DNA of 64,000 nt, taken from a virus (Duplodnaviria; Caudoviricetes). The stretch lies in the IMG/VR virus record IMGVR_UViG_2731957907_000001, positions 13,073-77,072 of that record, one strand, 5' to 3'. This document shows, piece after piece, positions 18,325 through 27,672 of this stretch (the stretch's first letter is position 1; each line of letters begins with the position of its first letter). The notes beneath the pieces were generated by a model that saw only the letters and a list, made by a program, of their open reading frames with translations, did not search any database and had not been told where the DNA came from. A program made the translations under genes and the position numbers.

Positions 18325-20655
18325 ATGGCACTATCACCCATCGAAAAAGCCCGGCTCAGTGCCAGGTTGCTGACTCTGCGCGAGCAGCTGCAAAGTGGAG
18401 CTCTCCACGCCCTTCAAGTTGTCCGGGCCACCGCTGAGGCCCTGGATCTATTCCAGCGGCTTGGCGGCAGAGTGCCCGACACTCAAAGTGCCCCAGCTGC
18501 AGCCGATCCTGGCCAAGCCGCAGCCCTTCAAGCGCAGGACGAGCTGAGCGACGACCCCAACAGCGCCAACTACCGCTATCAAGACACGGGCTATATCTCC
18601 GGCAGCCGCAAGGAGCTGGCTGCGGCTGCGATCAAATCTGCCCGGGACTCTGGGCAGATGCTTCGCGTCACCGATATCGACTTCAAGGCCCTGGAAGAAA
18701 ACCCGCGCCAGGCCCGGGAGCTCATCAAGAAGTCCAACCTGTTCGGCCAGGTGGATTGGGAAGGCCTGCAAGCTGGCGGCATGACGCCGCAGGCAGGCTA
18801 CCTGGTGGATCGCGTCTACGCCGCGGTGGCGGTGATGCCCAGTGAGGATAATCCTCAGGCACGTAAATCGTATGCCTTGGGCATTGAAACGCTGCGCACT
18901 CGCCTCGAGCAGGCCAAGACGGTCGACGACGTAACCGGCACCATGAAGGAAATCGCCGGCGAGTTGCTGGGTACCCGACTCAATGCCGAGGAGTCAGAGC
19001 GCTATACCCTTTTGGTGGCCAAAGGGCGTGAGCTGTCCGCGCAGCGCCGAGGGATCGAGGAGGCAAATACGGCGTTACAGAACGCCATGTACACGGCCAG
19101 TGCGGCAAGCGCCAAGGCCCAGCACGCCTATGACCATCGGATCAAGCGTGGCTGGAAGATCGAGCCAGAGCACGAAAAGTCCGTGGCTGACGCGGCTGCA
19201 GTCTACGACCAGGCCAAAAAAGCATGGGGCGACGAGCTGGCAGCCACCAGGGATGAAATCAGCAGCCTGCGCGAGCAATACAACGACGTTTGGCAGGAAC
19301 AGCAGGCCATTACCGATGCGGCCCAGGCGCGCAACCTGAAAAGTCCTGAGGCGCAGGCCTGGGCATCGCTGGGCGAGCGGTTCATCAAAGCGACCATGTA
19401 CCGCAAGTTGCGGGGGTCAGATAGCTTCGCGGGCCATGTAGCAAACGCCAAGGCAGGCGATCCCCCAAGCTGGGACTGGGCCACCAAGGAAAGAGCCAAA
19501 CCAGTCAAGCGAGCCAGCAAGAAGCGAATAACCTTCACCCTGAAAGTGGTTGAGCAGTTCGAGCGGGTTGGTGGCCGGCCGGTGGCAGTGGCCTCAACCC
19601 GGGAACTGGAGCGGCTTTGTGGTTTCCGCGCCGTGCAGTCGGGTAACTGGGTGCTCAGCGACTTTGTCAGCGCCAAGTGGCATGTAGAGCAGACAGCGGG
19701 CGCCATGCAGGACATGGCTGATGTCCTCGGCATTAACGAGGAGTACTTGGGCTTTGGTGGGCGCCTAGCCATGGCTTTTGGTGCGCGCGGCACCGGCGGC
19801 AAAGGCGCGGCCGTGGCCTCGTATGACCCCATCGAACGCGTCATCAACATGACGAAGATGAACGGCGGGGGCAGCCTTGGGCATGAAGTACTTCACGCGC
19901 TGGACAACATCCTGCCGAGCCTTCTTCGGGGTGAAGAAGGGACCAGCGGCGAGTACGCCACACTCAACCCTGAGGTGATGCCAGAAGGCCCCATACGCAC
20001 TCGCATGTACGAACTGCAGGATGCCATGGCCACCGGTGCTGTGCGCCTGACCGAAACCATCAAGATCAATCCCAGCGCCCGGGCCACCGCCAAGTTCAAC
20101 TTGGACGGGCGCGACAACCTGCGCGGCGTAGCACTGGCCATCAAGCAAGCCGGAAGTGTCGAGCATGCCGTAATGGCCGTAGACGATGCTTTTGGGGAGC
20201 CGAAGGTAAAAAGTCTGCAGAAGCAAAAGGCTCAGTGGCGAACGCTGGCCGCGGCCTACTACGCCCCCGATGACGCGACCGAGGTAACTGCCGCCACCGG
20301 CATCCCTGTGTCGGACTTCTACCGCGAGGCCCTGAACCTGGACGAAGGCGTGGCCGGCAAATACTGGTCGCAGCCTCATGAAATGGCCGCCCGCGCTTTC
20401 CAGGCCTACTTGGAGGATCGATTGGCTGAGCAGGGGCGCAGGAATGATTACCTGAGCTGCTTGGCGGACAACAAGCACCACCACTTTCCCGAACTGGGTA
20501 TGCCGTTCAAGCCCTATCCCGAGGGCGATGAGCGCGTGCGCATCAATGCGGCATTCGACCAGTTGTTCAAGACCCTGCGCGATGAGAAGGCGTTCGAGAA
20601 GGCCATGACACAAACCGCGCTGCTGGATGCCATCTTTGGGGTAAGCAATGACTGA
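18325..20655 (+). CDS. DdrB-like polyvalent protein with zincin metallopeptidase-like (HExxH) and LPD1-like domains
   Basis: AVQSGNWV...LAMAFGARGTGG...INMTKMNGGGSLGHEVLHALD; YWSQPHEMAARAFQAYLED...PYPEGDERVRINAAFDQLF. Confidence 0.8.
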   Translation: MALSPIEKARLSARLLTLREQLQSGALHALQVVRATAEALDLFQRLGGRVPDTQSAPAAADPGQAAALQAQDELSDDPNSANYRYQDTGYISGSRKELAAAAIKSARDSGQMLRVTDIDFKALEENPRQARELIKKSNLFGQVDWEGLQAGGMTPQAGYLVDRVYAAVAVMPSEDNPQARKSYALGIETLRTRLEQAKTVDDVTGTMKEIAGELLGTRLNAEESERYTLLVAKGRELSAQRRGIEEANTALQNAMYTASAASAKAQHAYDHRIKRGWKIEPEHEKSVADAAAVYDQAKKAWGDELAATRDEISSLREQYNDVWQEQQAITDAAQARNLKSPEAQAWASLGERFIKATMYRKLRGSDSFAGHVANAKAGDPPSWDWATKERAKPVKRASKKRITFTLKVVEQFERVGGRPVAVASTRELERLCGFRAVQSGNWVLSDFVSAKWHVEQTAGAMQDMADVLGINEEYLGFGGRLAMAFGARGTGGKGAAVASYDPIERVINMTKMNGGGSLGHEVLHALDNILPSLLRGEEGTSGEYATLNPEVMPEGPIRTRMYELQDAMATGAVRLTETIKINPSARATAKFNLDGRDNLRGVALAIKQAGSVEHAVMAVDDAFGEPKVKSLQKQKAQWRTLAAAYYAPDDATEVTAATGIPVSDFYREALNLDEGVAGKYWSQPHEMAARAFQAYLEDRLAEQGRRNDYLSCLADNKHHHFPELGMPFKPYPEGDERVRINAAFDQLFKTLRDEKAFEKAMTQTALLDAIFGVSND

Positions 20656-23059
20656 TCTAAGCACCGAAAGCATTTTGACGCCTATAGCACTAGCGCGCCT
20701 TAGTGCTGAATTATCTACTATCCGAGAAAGGCTGACAGCGAACGATATAGCGCCGCTGGAACGCGTGCGTCTTGCGGCCCGCGGGCTGAAGATCCGAAAT
20801 CTGCTGGGTAACGCTCAGTCGGTGGGCCAGGACGAACCCGAAGCAGGCCCGGCTGCCCAAATCCCGCCGCAACAAGCTGATGCCAAGCTTCTCGAGCTGA
20901 GCGGTACCGAGTTTGGTGAATTCCCCGACACACCTGAGGGAAAAAAGGAGTTGCGAGCAGCGGCCAAGGCCTTCCTTGAAAGCATCCGCGGGCAAATGGT
21001 TGATTGCCCAGTGCTGGGTGGAAAGGTCGAAATTCGTCAGCGCGGCATCAAAGAAACGATGGCGTTCAGTGGCAACCCAAAAAAGCTGAAGCTACTACAT
21101 GCGGTACCGCAGATCATCAGACAAGCGACTGCCGCCGAGCGTAGTGAAAACCACAAGCGGGACAAGAAAACTACGGTGGAAGCGTACTTCTACCTGAAGG
21201 CGACGGTTAAGCTCGCTGGTGAGCCGATCGCGGTTCGGTTGGTAGTGGAGCAAGATGTAAGTGGCCAGCTGTATTACGACCTGCTAGTCGAGCCGCCAAA
21301 AGAAAAGGCGATGCTGGACTCGAATGAATGTTCCCCTGATCACTATTCAGGGCATTCACTCGGCACAGGCACCGCCTCAATGAGCCAACGTTCCCCCGAT
21401 CACAATTCGGGGCATTGGCTCGATTCCAGTGTAGAGCATGGCGTCGGCGTTGTCATGCTCGATGATGCTGGCCATTTGGTGCTGAACCTGTTCATGGACG
21501 GTGAGGTACTGACGCCAGAGGCTGAACAGGCACCTTCCCAACCGGCGCCGGAAATCATCGAGTACACCACGAAGAAAGGCAAAGTCTTGCGCGGCATCAT
21601 TCGCACGGACTTGACCCTGGTCCAGGCCAAGGCAATCGATCCCTACACGTGGAAGATGAACGGCGGCTATTTCATCCGTGAGAAGCACCTGGGCGGCGAT
21701 ACTGGCCACATCCAGGCAGCTCCCGCGCCAGTGGTGATGACAGCAGAGCAGCAGGCCGAAGCTATGGCCACCGCACAGCGCCAGGCTGAAGAACGCGCCA
21801 GGGCCTTGCTGGCCAACCAGGTGGAGAAATTGCGCCAGGTTGCAAACAAGGCCATTGGCGATGCTGATGACAGCTTGGGTGCTGATCGCAAGACCAATAC
21901 GGCCAAGCGCGCTCGCGAAGCAGGTTATGCCTTGGAAAAGGCAGCTGCGAACAAGGCTGCTGGGCATACGCTCAGCAATATTGCGGATGCGATCGAAGTC
22001 GGCTCTGGTGGCGCCTTGGCCAAGCTCGCGAGTCGTGCGCAGCTTGATCAGCTGCAGCGCGCCATGGGTGCGGCTCAATATGAATCTGACCGGTCGCTGA
22101 CTTACTCTGATCAGCAGCGGCGCAAAGGCCGACCGTTTGACGACAACGACTTGCGCAACGTGAAGTTCCCGCGGCCGCAGTCATGGGGCAACCGTTTTTC
22201 CAACGCAGCCGAAACAATGGCCAAGAAGGCACCGACCGGGAACAGCCGGTTGATCGCCGCTCTGAAGAAGATGGGTACGGAACGAGGAGAGCGGTTTCCC
22301 TTGCGGCCGGAGGACATCGCCATTACCCGCAAGGCTGCTGCCGTCCTGAAGCAGGTGGGAGAGAACTGGGACCTGAAAGACCCGATGGAGGCGATTGCCG
22401 CAGCTGATCGCCTGGAAAGGATGGGCATCACTGACACGGCCTCGCTGCAGGCGGCTATCCGCGAATTGGTACCGCTGATGGCCGAGAAGGTGAAGGAAGA
22501 CCCCGTGAAGGTGGCCGAGCGGGCAATCATTGGCCAGAAGGTCGGCATCGACTTCTTCCCAACGCCCGCGCACGTTGCCCAGCGCATGGCGCGCTTGGCC
22601 CATGTCAAGGAAGGCATGCGGGTTTTGGAGCCAAGCGCAGGCAATGGAAACCTGGCCGATGCAGCCAAAGCTGCTGGGGGCGTAGTTGATGTGATCGAGA
22701 TTTCTGGGTCGCTTCGCGACATCCTGACTGCCAAAGGCTACAACGTGGTTGCCCATGACTTCGACGGCTTCACGCCCGACCAGAAGTACCAGGCCATCCT
22801 GATGAATCCGCCCTTCAGCAACCGCCGGGATGCGGCGCACATCATGCAAGCCTTTGAAATGCTGGCCGGTGGCGGAACCTTGGTGGCGATCGCTGGCGAA
22901 GGCGTGTTCTTTGGTAGGGACCAAAAGGCCCAGGCTTTCCGGGACTGGCTTGATGCCCATGGGGCCGAAGTCGAGCAGCTGGACGGGGGAACGTTCCAGG
23001 ACAACGCCCTGCTGGCGCAAACCAGCGCTAACGCGCGATTGATCGTGCTGCGCAAGTAG
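20648..23059 (+). CDS. Polyvalent protein: LPD3-like (predicted RNase fold) domain + C-terminal SAM-dependent N6-adenine methyltransferase (DarB-like role)
   Basis: VEIRQRGIKET...KLKLLHAVPQII...ENHK...YFYL...LYYD; FFPTP, VLEPSAGNGNLA, ILMNPPF. Confidence 0.8.
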   Translation: MTDLSTESILTPIALARLSAELSTIRERLTANDIAPLERVRLAARGLKIRNLLGNAQSVGQDEPEAGPAAQIPPQQADAKLLELSGTEFGEFPDTPEGKKELRAAAKAFLESIRGQMVDCPVLGGKVEIRQRGIKETMAFSGNPKKLKLLHAVPQIIRQATAAERSENHKRDKKTTVEAYFYLKATVKLAGEPIAVRLVVEQDVSGQLYYDLLVEPPKEKAMLDSNECSPDHYSGHSLGTGTASMSQRSPDHNSGHWLDSSVEHGVGVVMLDDAGHLVLNLFMDGEVLTPEAEQAPSQPAPEIIEYTTKKGKVLRGIIRTDLTLVQAKAIDPYTWKMNGGYFIREKHLGGDTGHIQAAPAPVVMTAEQQAEAMATAQRQAEERARALLANQVEKLRQVANKAIGDADDSLGADRKTNTAKRAREAGYALEKAAANKAAGHTLSNIADAIEVGSGGALAKLASRAQLDQLQRAMGAAQYESDRSLTYSDQQRRKGRPFDDNDLRNVKFPRPQSWGNRFSNAAETMAKKAPTGNSRLIAALKKMGTERGERFPLRPEDIAITRKAAAVLKQVGENWDLKDPMEAIAAADRLERMGITDTASLQAAIRELVPLMAEKVKEDPVKVAERAIIGQKVGIDFFPTPAHVAQRMARLAHVKEGMRVLEPSAGNGNLADAAKAAGGVVDVIEISGSLRDILTAKGYNVVAHDFDGFTPDQKYQAILMNPPFSNRRDAAHIMQAFEMLAGGGTLVAIAGEGVFFGRDQKAQAFRDWLDAHGAEVEQLDGGTFQDNALLAQTSANARLIVLRK
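21321..21421 (-). ncRNA. Putative antisense RNA of two tandem bulged hairpins embedded in CDS
   Basis: Two 42-nt hairpins at 60-nt period with compensatory changes and G-U pairs valid only on the minus strand; adjacent promoter. Confidence 0.7.
21428..21456 (-). promoter_or_regulatory. Internal antisense sigma70 promoter
   Basis: ATGACA (21456-21451), 17 nt, TACACT (21433-21428). Confidence 0.65.
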
Positions 23060-23069
23060 CGAAAACCAT

Positions 23070-23110
23070 GCAAACCCCCCGAAAATCGGGGGGTTTCACG
23101 TCTTTACCAT
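23070..23110 (+). promoter_or_regulatory. Putative late promoter of capsid operon
   Basis: GCAAACCCCCCG ... TACCAT, 41-nt geometry. Confidence 0.7.
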
Positions 23111-23161
23111 CACTGCTGAAACGACACGGGCGCAGCCCATCATCAGCATTGAAGGTAACGT

Positions 23162-24856
23162 ATGTCCAAACATATTTACGCTCCAAATTCCGGTCTGCAG
23201 GACACGGAATACAAGGTTGCCGCCCTCGTCGGCGCCGTCAGCGACGGCAATGGCAACATGCTCGACAGTACTAACGCCCAGTCGGTCGACGTGATCAAAA
23301 ACGTCGTATCGGATGCCCGAAAGCTCCTGCCGCCGCGCCTGGCGAAGGTGCTGGACCAGATCGACAAAGACGAGCACAAGGCCCTGGCCGTGCAGAGCCT
23401 GCTGGACGGCGTTGCAGCCTTCGAGCGTGAGCACGGTTTCGCCCCGTCTGCCGACATGATCGATGCGGCTCTGTCCCAGGCCGAGCACGTTGCCGACGGC
23501 AAGAGCACCCTAGTACTGCCTGACGGCTACACCCTCGACGCCGTTAGCGACAACAACGCGTCGGCCACCCTGGCTCACCAACCGAACCGTATCGCGGTCG
23601 CTATCACTGGCGCCCTGTCCGAAGCGATCCCGTTCGGCGCCTACCTACCGTCGGACCTGAAGTCCAACGAATCCCGCCTGTCGATCATCAGCGCCATCGC
23701 CGGCTCGAACTTCGGCGCTTACAAGGCCGGCGACATTCTTGACGGTACCTCCGGTGGCCAGGTCTATACCCGTTCCGAGCGTATGGTTTCGGCTGACATC
23801 GCCGCCGATCGTGCCACCGCTACTTTCAAAATCACCGCCCGCACTGGCGGTCTGGGTGACGCAGTGCCATTGCTGCGCAGCCGTACCGCTGTTTTCATCG
23901 ACGGCTTCCCAGTAGCCCGTGAGCAGTCCTCCGACAGCGGTACTGCAGTTCAGCTGCTGTCTGGTCAGGCCGTCGTTGGCGGTTCCAACTACGTGATCAC
24001 CGGCCAGGTAAACGTTGAAACCGGTGTGGGTTCGGTTGCGTTCAACCCGGTTCTGCCGGCTGGCGTAGTGGTCGAGGTGCAGGGCTTCATCGACTTCGAG
24101 AAGAAGCCGGACCTGATCCCCGCCATCAACACCCGTGCCGTCAGCTACAGCCTGTACTGCTCGGCCAGCCGCGTGATGATGTCCGTCACCCCGGATAGCC
24201 GTACCCAGACCCAGGCCGAACTGGGCGCCGATGGCCTGACCATCGCCGTGCAGGCCGCCCGTACCCAGGCTGCGAACGAGCGCTACATCATGGCGCTGCG
24301 CAAGGCCAAGGGCATGGCACGCCGTACCAGCCGCGAATACGACTTCGACGCCGATCGCCAGCTGGTCGAGAAGACCCGCGCGATGATCTGGCGTGACTTC
24401 GGTTCCTTCATGGCCCGTGTTGACCAGGAAGTGGCCAACCAGACCATGGAGTACGGTCTGGAGATGATGTACGTGGGCGACATCGGCATGTCCCAGTTCC
24501 TGTCCATGGACAGCACCGACTTCGTGCCGTCGGGTATCGCTTCTCGCCCAGGCATCTACCTGCTGGGCCGCTACAAGGGCAAGTATTCGGTGTACTACGA
24601 CCCGTATGTGGTTGAGGAAAGCGAGAACGCAATCGAAATCCTGTGCATCGGCCGCTCCCCACAAGTCGCGCGCAACCCGATTGTGTTCTCGGACGCAGTA
24701 CCGCAGACCCTCATCCCGCTGGCGATCGACAAGACCCTGGTCAGCGGCGCCGCGCTGTACTCCCGCTCCCTCACCGAGGTGAACCCGCATCTGCAATCGG
24801 CCATCGGCTGTGCGCTGATCAAGATCACTAACATCTACGCCCTGGGCGGCAACTAA
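23162..24856 (+). CDS. Major capsid protein (P1 gp23-like)
   Basis: 564 aa, strongly biased codons, first gene after late promoter, upstream of sheath as in P1 23-22. Confidence 0.8.
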   Translation: MSKHIYAPNSGLQDTEYKVAALVGAVSDGNGNMLDSTNAQSVDVIKNVVSDARKLLPPRLAKVLDQIDKDEHKALAVQSLLDGVAAFEREHGFAPSADMIDAALSQAEHVADGKSTLVLPDGYTLDAVSDNNASATLAHQPNRIAVAITGALSEAIPFGAYLPSDLKSNESRLSIISAIAGSNFGAYKAGDILDGTSGGQVYTRSERMVSADIAADRATATFKITARTGGLGDAVPLLRSRTAVFIDGFPVAREQSSDSGTAVQLLSGQAVVGGSNYVITGQVNVETGVGSVAFNPVLPAGVVVEVQGFIDFEKKPDLIPAINTRAVSYSLYCSASRVMMSVTPDSRTQTQAELGADGLTIAVQAARTQAANERYIMALRKAKGMARRTSREYDFDADRQLVEKTRAMIWRDFGSFMARVDQEVANQTMEYGLEMMYVGDIGMSQFLSMDSTDFVPSGIASRPGIYLLGRYKGKYSVYYDPYVVEESENAIEILCIGRSPQVARNPIVFSDAVPQTLIPLAIDKTLVSGAALYSRSLTEVNPHLQSAIGCALIKITNIYALGGN

Positions 24857-24868
24857 GGGGGTCAGGTC

Positions 24869-25669
24869 ATGGCGACTACCAAGGGTACGTCCAAAGCGAA
24901 AGCAGCGAAGACCGCCAGCGTAGATACCGTCCAGACCTCAGAAAACGGCGCTTCGGCGCCGGTTTCTTTGGCAACAGATACGGTTGGCGACGTAGGCACA
25001 GACGGTGCAAATCAACAGCCTGGGGGCGGCGATGAAGGCGATGCGCGAGTTGCTTCAACTGACAGCGATGCTGGTGCTGTGGCTGGTGGTGGTGACGGTG
25101 CTGATCAAAGTGACGGGGCCTTACCTGGACCTGGTGATGCCAGCGCTCATGGTGCTGGGGAAAACTCTGGTAGCCCTGATGCTACTGCCGATGATGCTGG
25201 CGATAGCGCTGGTGGTCCTGCTGGTAGCGGTAGCGATGCTGACTTGCCTGGGGGCACTGATTCTTCATCGAGCGGGCAGGTAGACGACGCCGTTGGTAAT
25301 GAGCAGGAAGCGGTCACGGCGATCGGCGGCGCCTTGCACGGCAGCGGTATTGGCGATGCGCTGCTGGCGCTGCTGCAGCAAGGCGAAACCGTGCAAACCC
25401 CCTCAGAACAGGGCCCCGACGCGGCTGTAACTTCTTCTTCGTGGAGCATGCCGCAGATCGAGCGCTTCCCGGCGCAGATCACCATCAAGAACAACACCCC
25501 CAGTCGGGTGGTTGTCTTGGGCCTGCGGCTTGAGCCCTATACCGAGTCGGACGGCATGGTCAATGAAGCCACCTATGACCGTCTCGCAAATTACCTGGCC
25601 AAGCATGCGCGCTTGGGCGGTTGGGACCACAGCACAGGCGTACAGGTGACACATGACAGTGAAGATTAA
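24869..25669 (+). CDS. Hypothetical protein with long Gly/Asp/Ala low-complexity region
   Basis: ORF in capsid operon; folded-looking C-terminus FPAQITIKNNTP. Confidence 0.7.
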   Translation: MATTKGTSKAKAAKTASVDTVQTSENGASAPVSLATDTVGDVGTDGANQQPGGGDEGDARVASTDSDAGAVAGGGDGADQSDGALPGPGDASAHGAGENSGSPDATADDAGDSAGGPAGSGSDADLPGGTDSSSSGQVDDAVGNEQEAVTAIGGALHGSGIGDALLALLQQGETVQTPSEQGPDAAVTSSSWSMPQIERFPAQITIKNNTPSRVVVLGLRLEPYTESDGMVNEATYDRLANYLAKHARLGGWDHSTGVQVTHDSED

Positions 25670-26033
25670 TCGCGACTCAGGGGCGAATCCGCGCCCGCTG
25701 ATTGAATCGTTGGTAAAGGGCCAGAGCTACCCCTTTGTGGCCACGCTGAAGCATTCCAACACCTTCCCCTTGGTTGTGCCTTCTGCGGGTGTGACGGGGG
25801 TTATTCAGCGTGACGAGCCTACACCTGTCCGCATTCGCAGCTTCGACCAGGCCTGGAACCTCATCGTCGACTTGGCCGAACTGGCCAAGCTGGCCAGTGG
25901 TGCAGGGGGTGAGTCGGCCGAGGGCCCGCCTGCCTTCGCTGAGCTGGAAACATCCGCCTCAACCAAGGCCAAGAACCGCCGAGCAGCCGCTACTGACGAG
26001 CCCGCACAAACCACAGCCCCGGAGGGTGTGTAA
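25653..26033 (+). CDS. Hypothetical virion-operon protein
   Basis: Overlaps previous gene, AGGTG SD. Confidence 0.7.
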   Translation: MTVKINRDSGANPRPLIESLVKGQSYPFVATLKHSNTFPLVVPSAGVTGVIQRDEPTPVRIRSFDQAWNLIVDLAELAKLASGAGGESAEGPPAFAELETSASTKAKNRRAAATDEPAQTTAPEGV

Positions 26034-27662
26034 ATGACCGTTCCATTTTCGCGCACTGTAGACAAACGCTCTGCTGTGCAGCTGAACCCGATCAACGATA
26101 AATCCGAGCAGCCAAGCGTCTCGACCGTCGCTCACAACATGGCCATCACAGGTCGTTTCAACCGCGGTCGAATCGACAAGGTATTCGCCGTCAGCCGCGG
26201 CAAGGAAGCGCGGGTGCTGGGGGCGCCTCAGTCCCTGTCCGTCAGCAAGCTGGGCGAGGCCTATGTCCATATCACCGAGGCCCTGAAGAAGGGCACGGTG
26301 CAGGCGATCGTTTCGCGCCTGGTCAGCGACTCGGCCAAAAACCAGCTGATGGTGGCGAGTGCCGTCAAAAGCACCGCCGATGTGTGGACGCTGGTAGATG
26401 AGGAAGCCGGCGCATCCGGCGGGTACCTCATTGCCCTTAAACACCTCGAGTGTTTCTCGGAAGGTGTGCGCGCAGAAATTCATGCGCGTGTGACCTTGGA
26501 CAGCACCGGGACCGCCGTAGACACCAAGACCATCGTGCTGCAGCTGCGTGATGTGGTCAGCAACGCCATCGTTCTGGGCCCCTATGAGGGCTCGCTGGAC
26601 CCAACGGCTCTCGATGAGTTCGGCCAGAGCGCATACATCGGTGACATCGTTTCTCAGTCCACCGATCTGCTGGAGGTAGTCGATGTAGCCGATAACGCAA
26701 GCGTTGCCCCTGACTGCGTGTTCTACGGCAAGAAGGACAACAAAGACGTCTTCGCCTCCAAGGACCTGAAGTACTTCACCGAAGGCGACACGGTTTACAC
26801 CACAGCCGAGCTCGACAAGGCCATCAACCGTCTCAAACGCTCGCGCCCGTCCTTCACCTACATCTGCTCCGGCGGTACCGAAAACGTTGCCCTGATCAGC
26901 CGTCTGCTGGGCCTGGGTGCGGACATCAACAAACAGGTAGCGTGGGACATTCCAGGCCGGATGACCCCAGAAGCCGCCAAGGTCTTCTACGAATCCGTTG
27001 GCGGCGCCACCGACAGCATCTACAGCCAGGCCTACTGGGCCCCCATCAGCGCCAACAACCCTGTCATCGGCGGCAAGGCGATCATGGGCACCTCTGGCCA
27101 GCAGATCGGTTACCGCTGCGCGCGTAACGCCCAGACCAACGCAAAAGGCATTGCACCGCGCAATTTCCCGATCGCGGGCAGCGATTACGCGGTAGACCGC
27201 ATCAACATGACGCAGGTCTACGAGCCAGAAGTAGACGAGCTGGAAATGCTCGCCGGCAGCCGTATCAACCCGGTGATCTTCATGGATTACCCGAGTGGGC
27301 CGAAATACGCCTGGATCGATTCGTTGACCGGTGCTCAGACCAACGGCGCTACCAAGCTGATCAGCGTGACTGAAATGGCCACTTATGTGGATGACACGCT
27401 CGCATCCGCTGCGCAGGAAAAGCTGCAGAAACCGATGGCGACCGCCATCGAGGATATGACCAAGTTCGCAGGCACCTTCCTGGCTGCCCTGCAGTCGGCC
27501 AAGTGGCTCCAGCCAAGCGCGGAGTTGGGGGGCGCTTGCTACTCGGCCTCCTTCGAGCCGAACGCGGCAAATCCTTTCGAGAAAATGGATATGAGCACTT
27601 CGATCTGCTACGACGGCAACGCCCGCGTCATCGAAATGCAGCAGTCCATCGTCCGCAAATAA
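26034..27662 (+). CDS. Tail sheath protein (P1 gp22-like)
   Basis: 542 aa; GRFNRGRIDK near N-terminus, E.LAGSRINPV and DSLT near C-terminus. Confidence 0.85.
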   Translation: MTVPFSRTVDKRSAVQLNPINDKSEQPSVSTVAHNMAITGRFNRGRIDKVFAVSRGKEARVLGAPQSLSVSKLGEAYVHITEALKKGTVQAIVSRLVSDSAKNQLMVASAVKSTADVWTLVDEEAGASGGYLIALKHLECFSEGVRAEIHARVTLDSTGTAVDTKTIVLQLRDVVSNAIVLGPYEGSLDPTALDEFGQSAYIGDIVSQSTDLLEVVDVADNASVAPDCVFYGKKDNKDVFASKDLKYFTEGDTVYTTAELDKAINRLKRSRPSFTYICSGGTENVALISRLLGLGADINKQVAWDIPGRMTPEAAKVFYESVGGATDSIYSQAYWAPISANNPVIGGKAIMGTSGQQIGYRCARNAQTNAKGIAPRNFPIAGSDYAVDRINMTQVYEPEVDELEMLAGSRINPVIFMDYPSGPKYAWIDSLTGAQTNGATKLISVTEMATYVDDTLASAAQEKLQKPMATAIEDMTKFAGTFLAALQSAKWLQPSAELGGACYSASFEPNAANPFEKMDMSTSICYDGNARVIEMQQSIVRK

Positions 27663-27672
27663 GGGGCAATCC

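Noticed and set aside
24990-25270. GATGCTGGT-like repeats in ORF 24869
   Set aside because: Explained by Gly/Asp/Ala low-complexity coding; does not match the nonamer consensus
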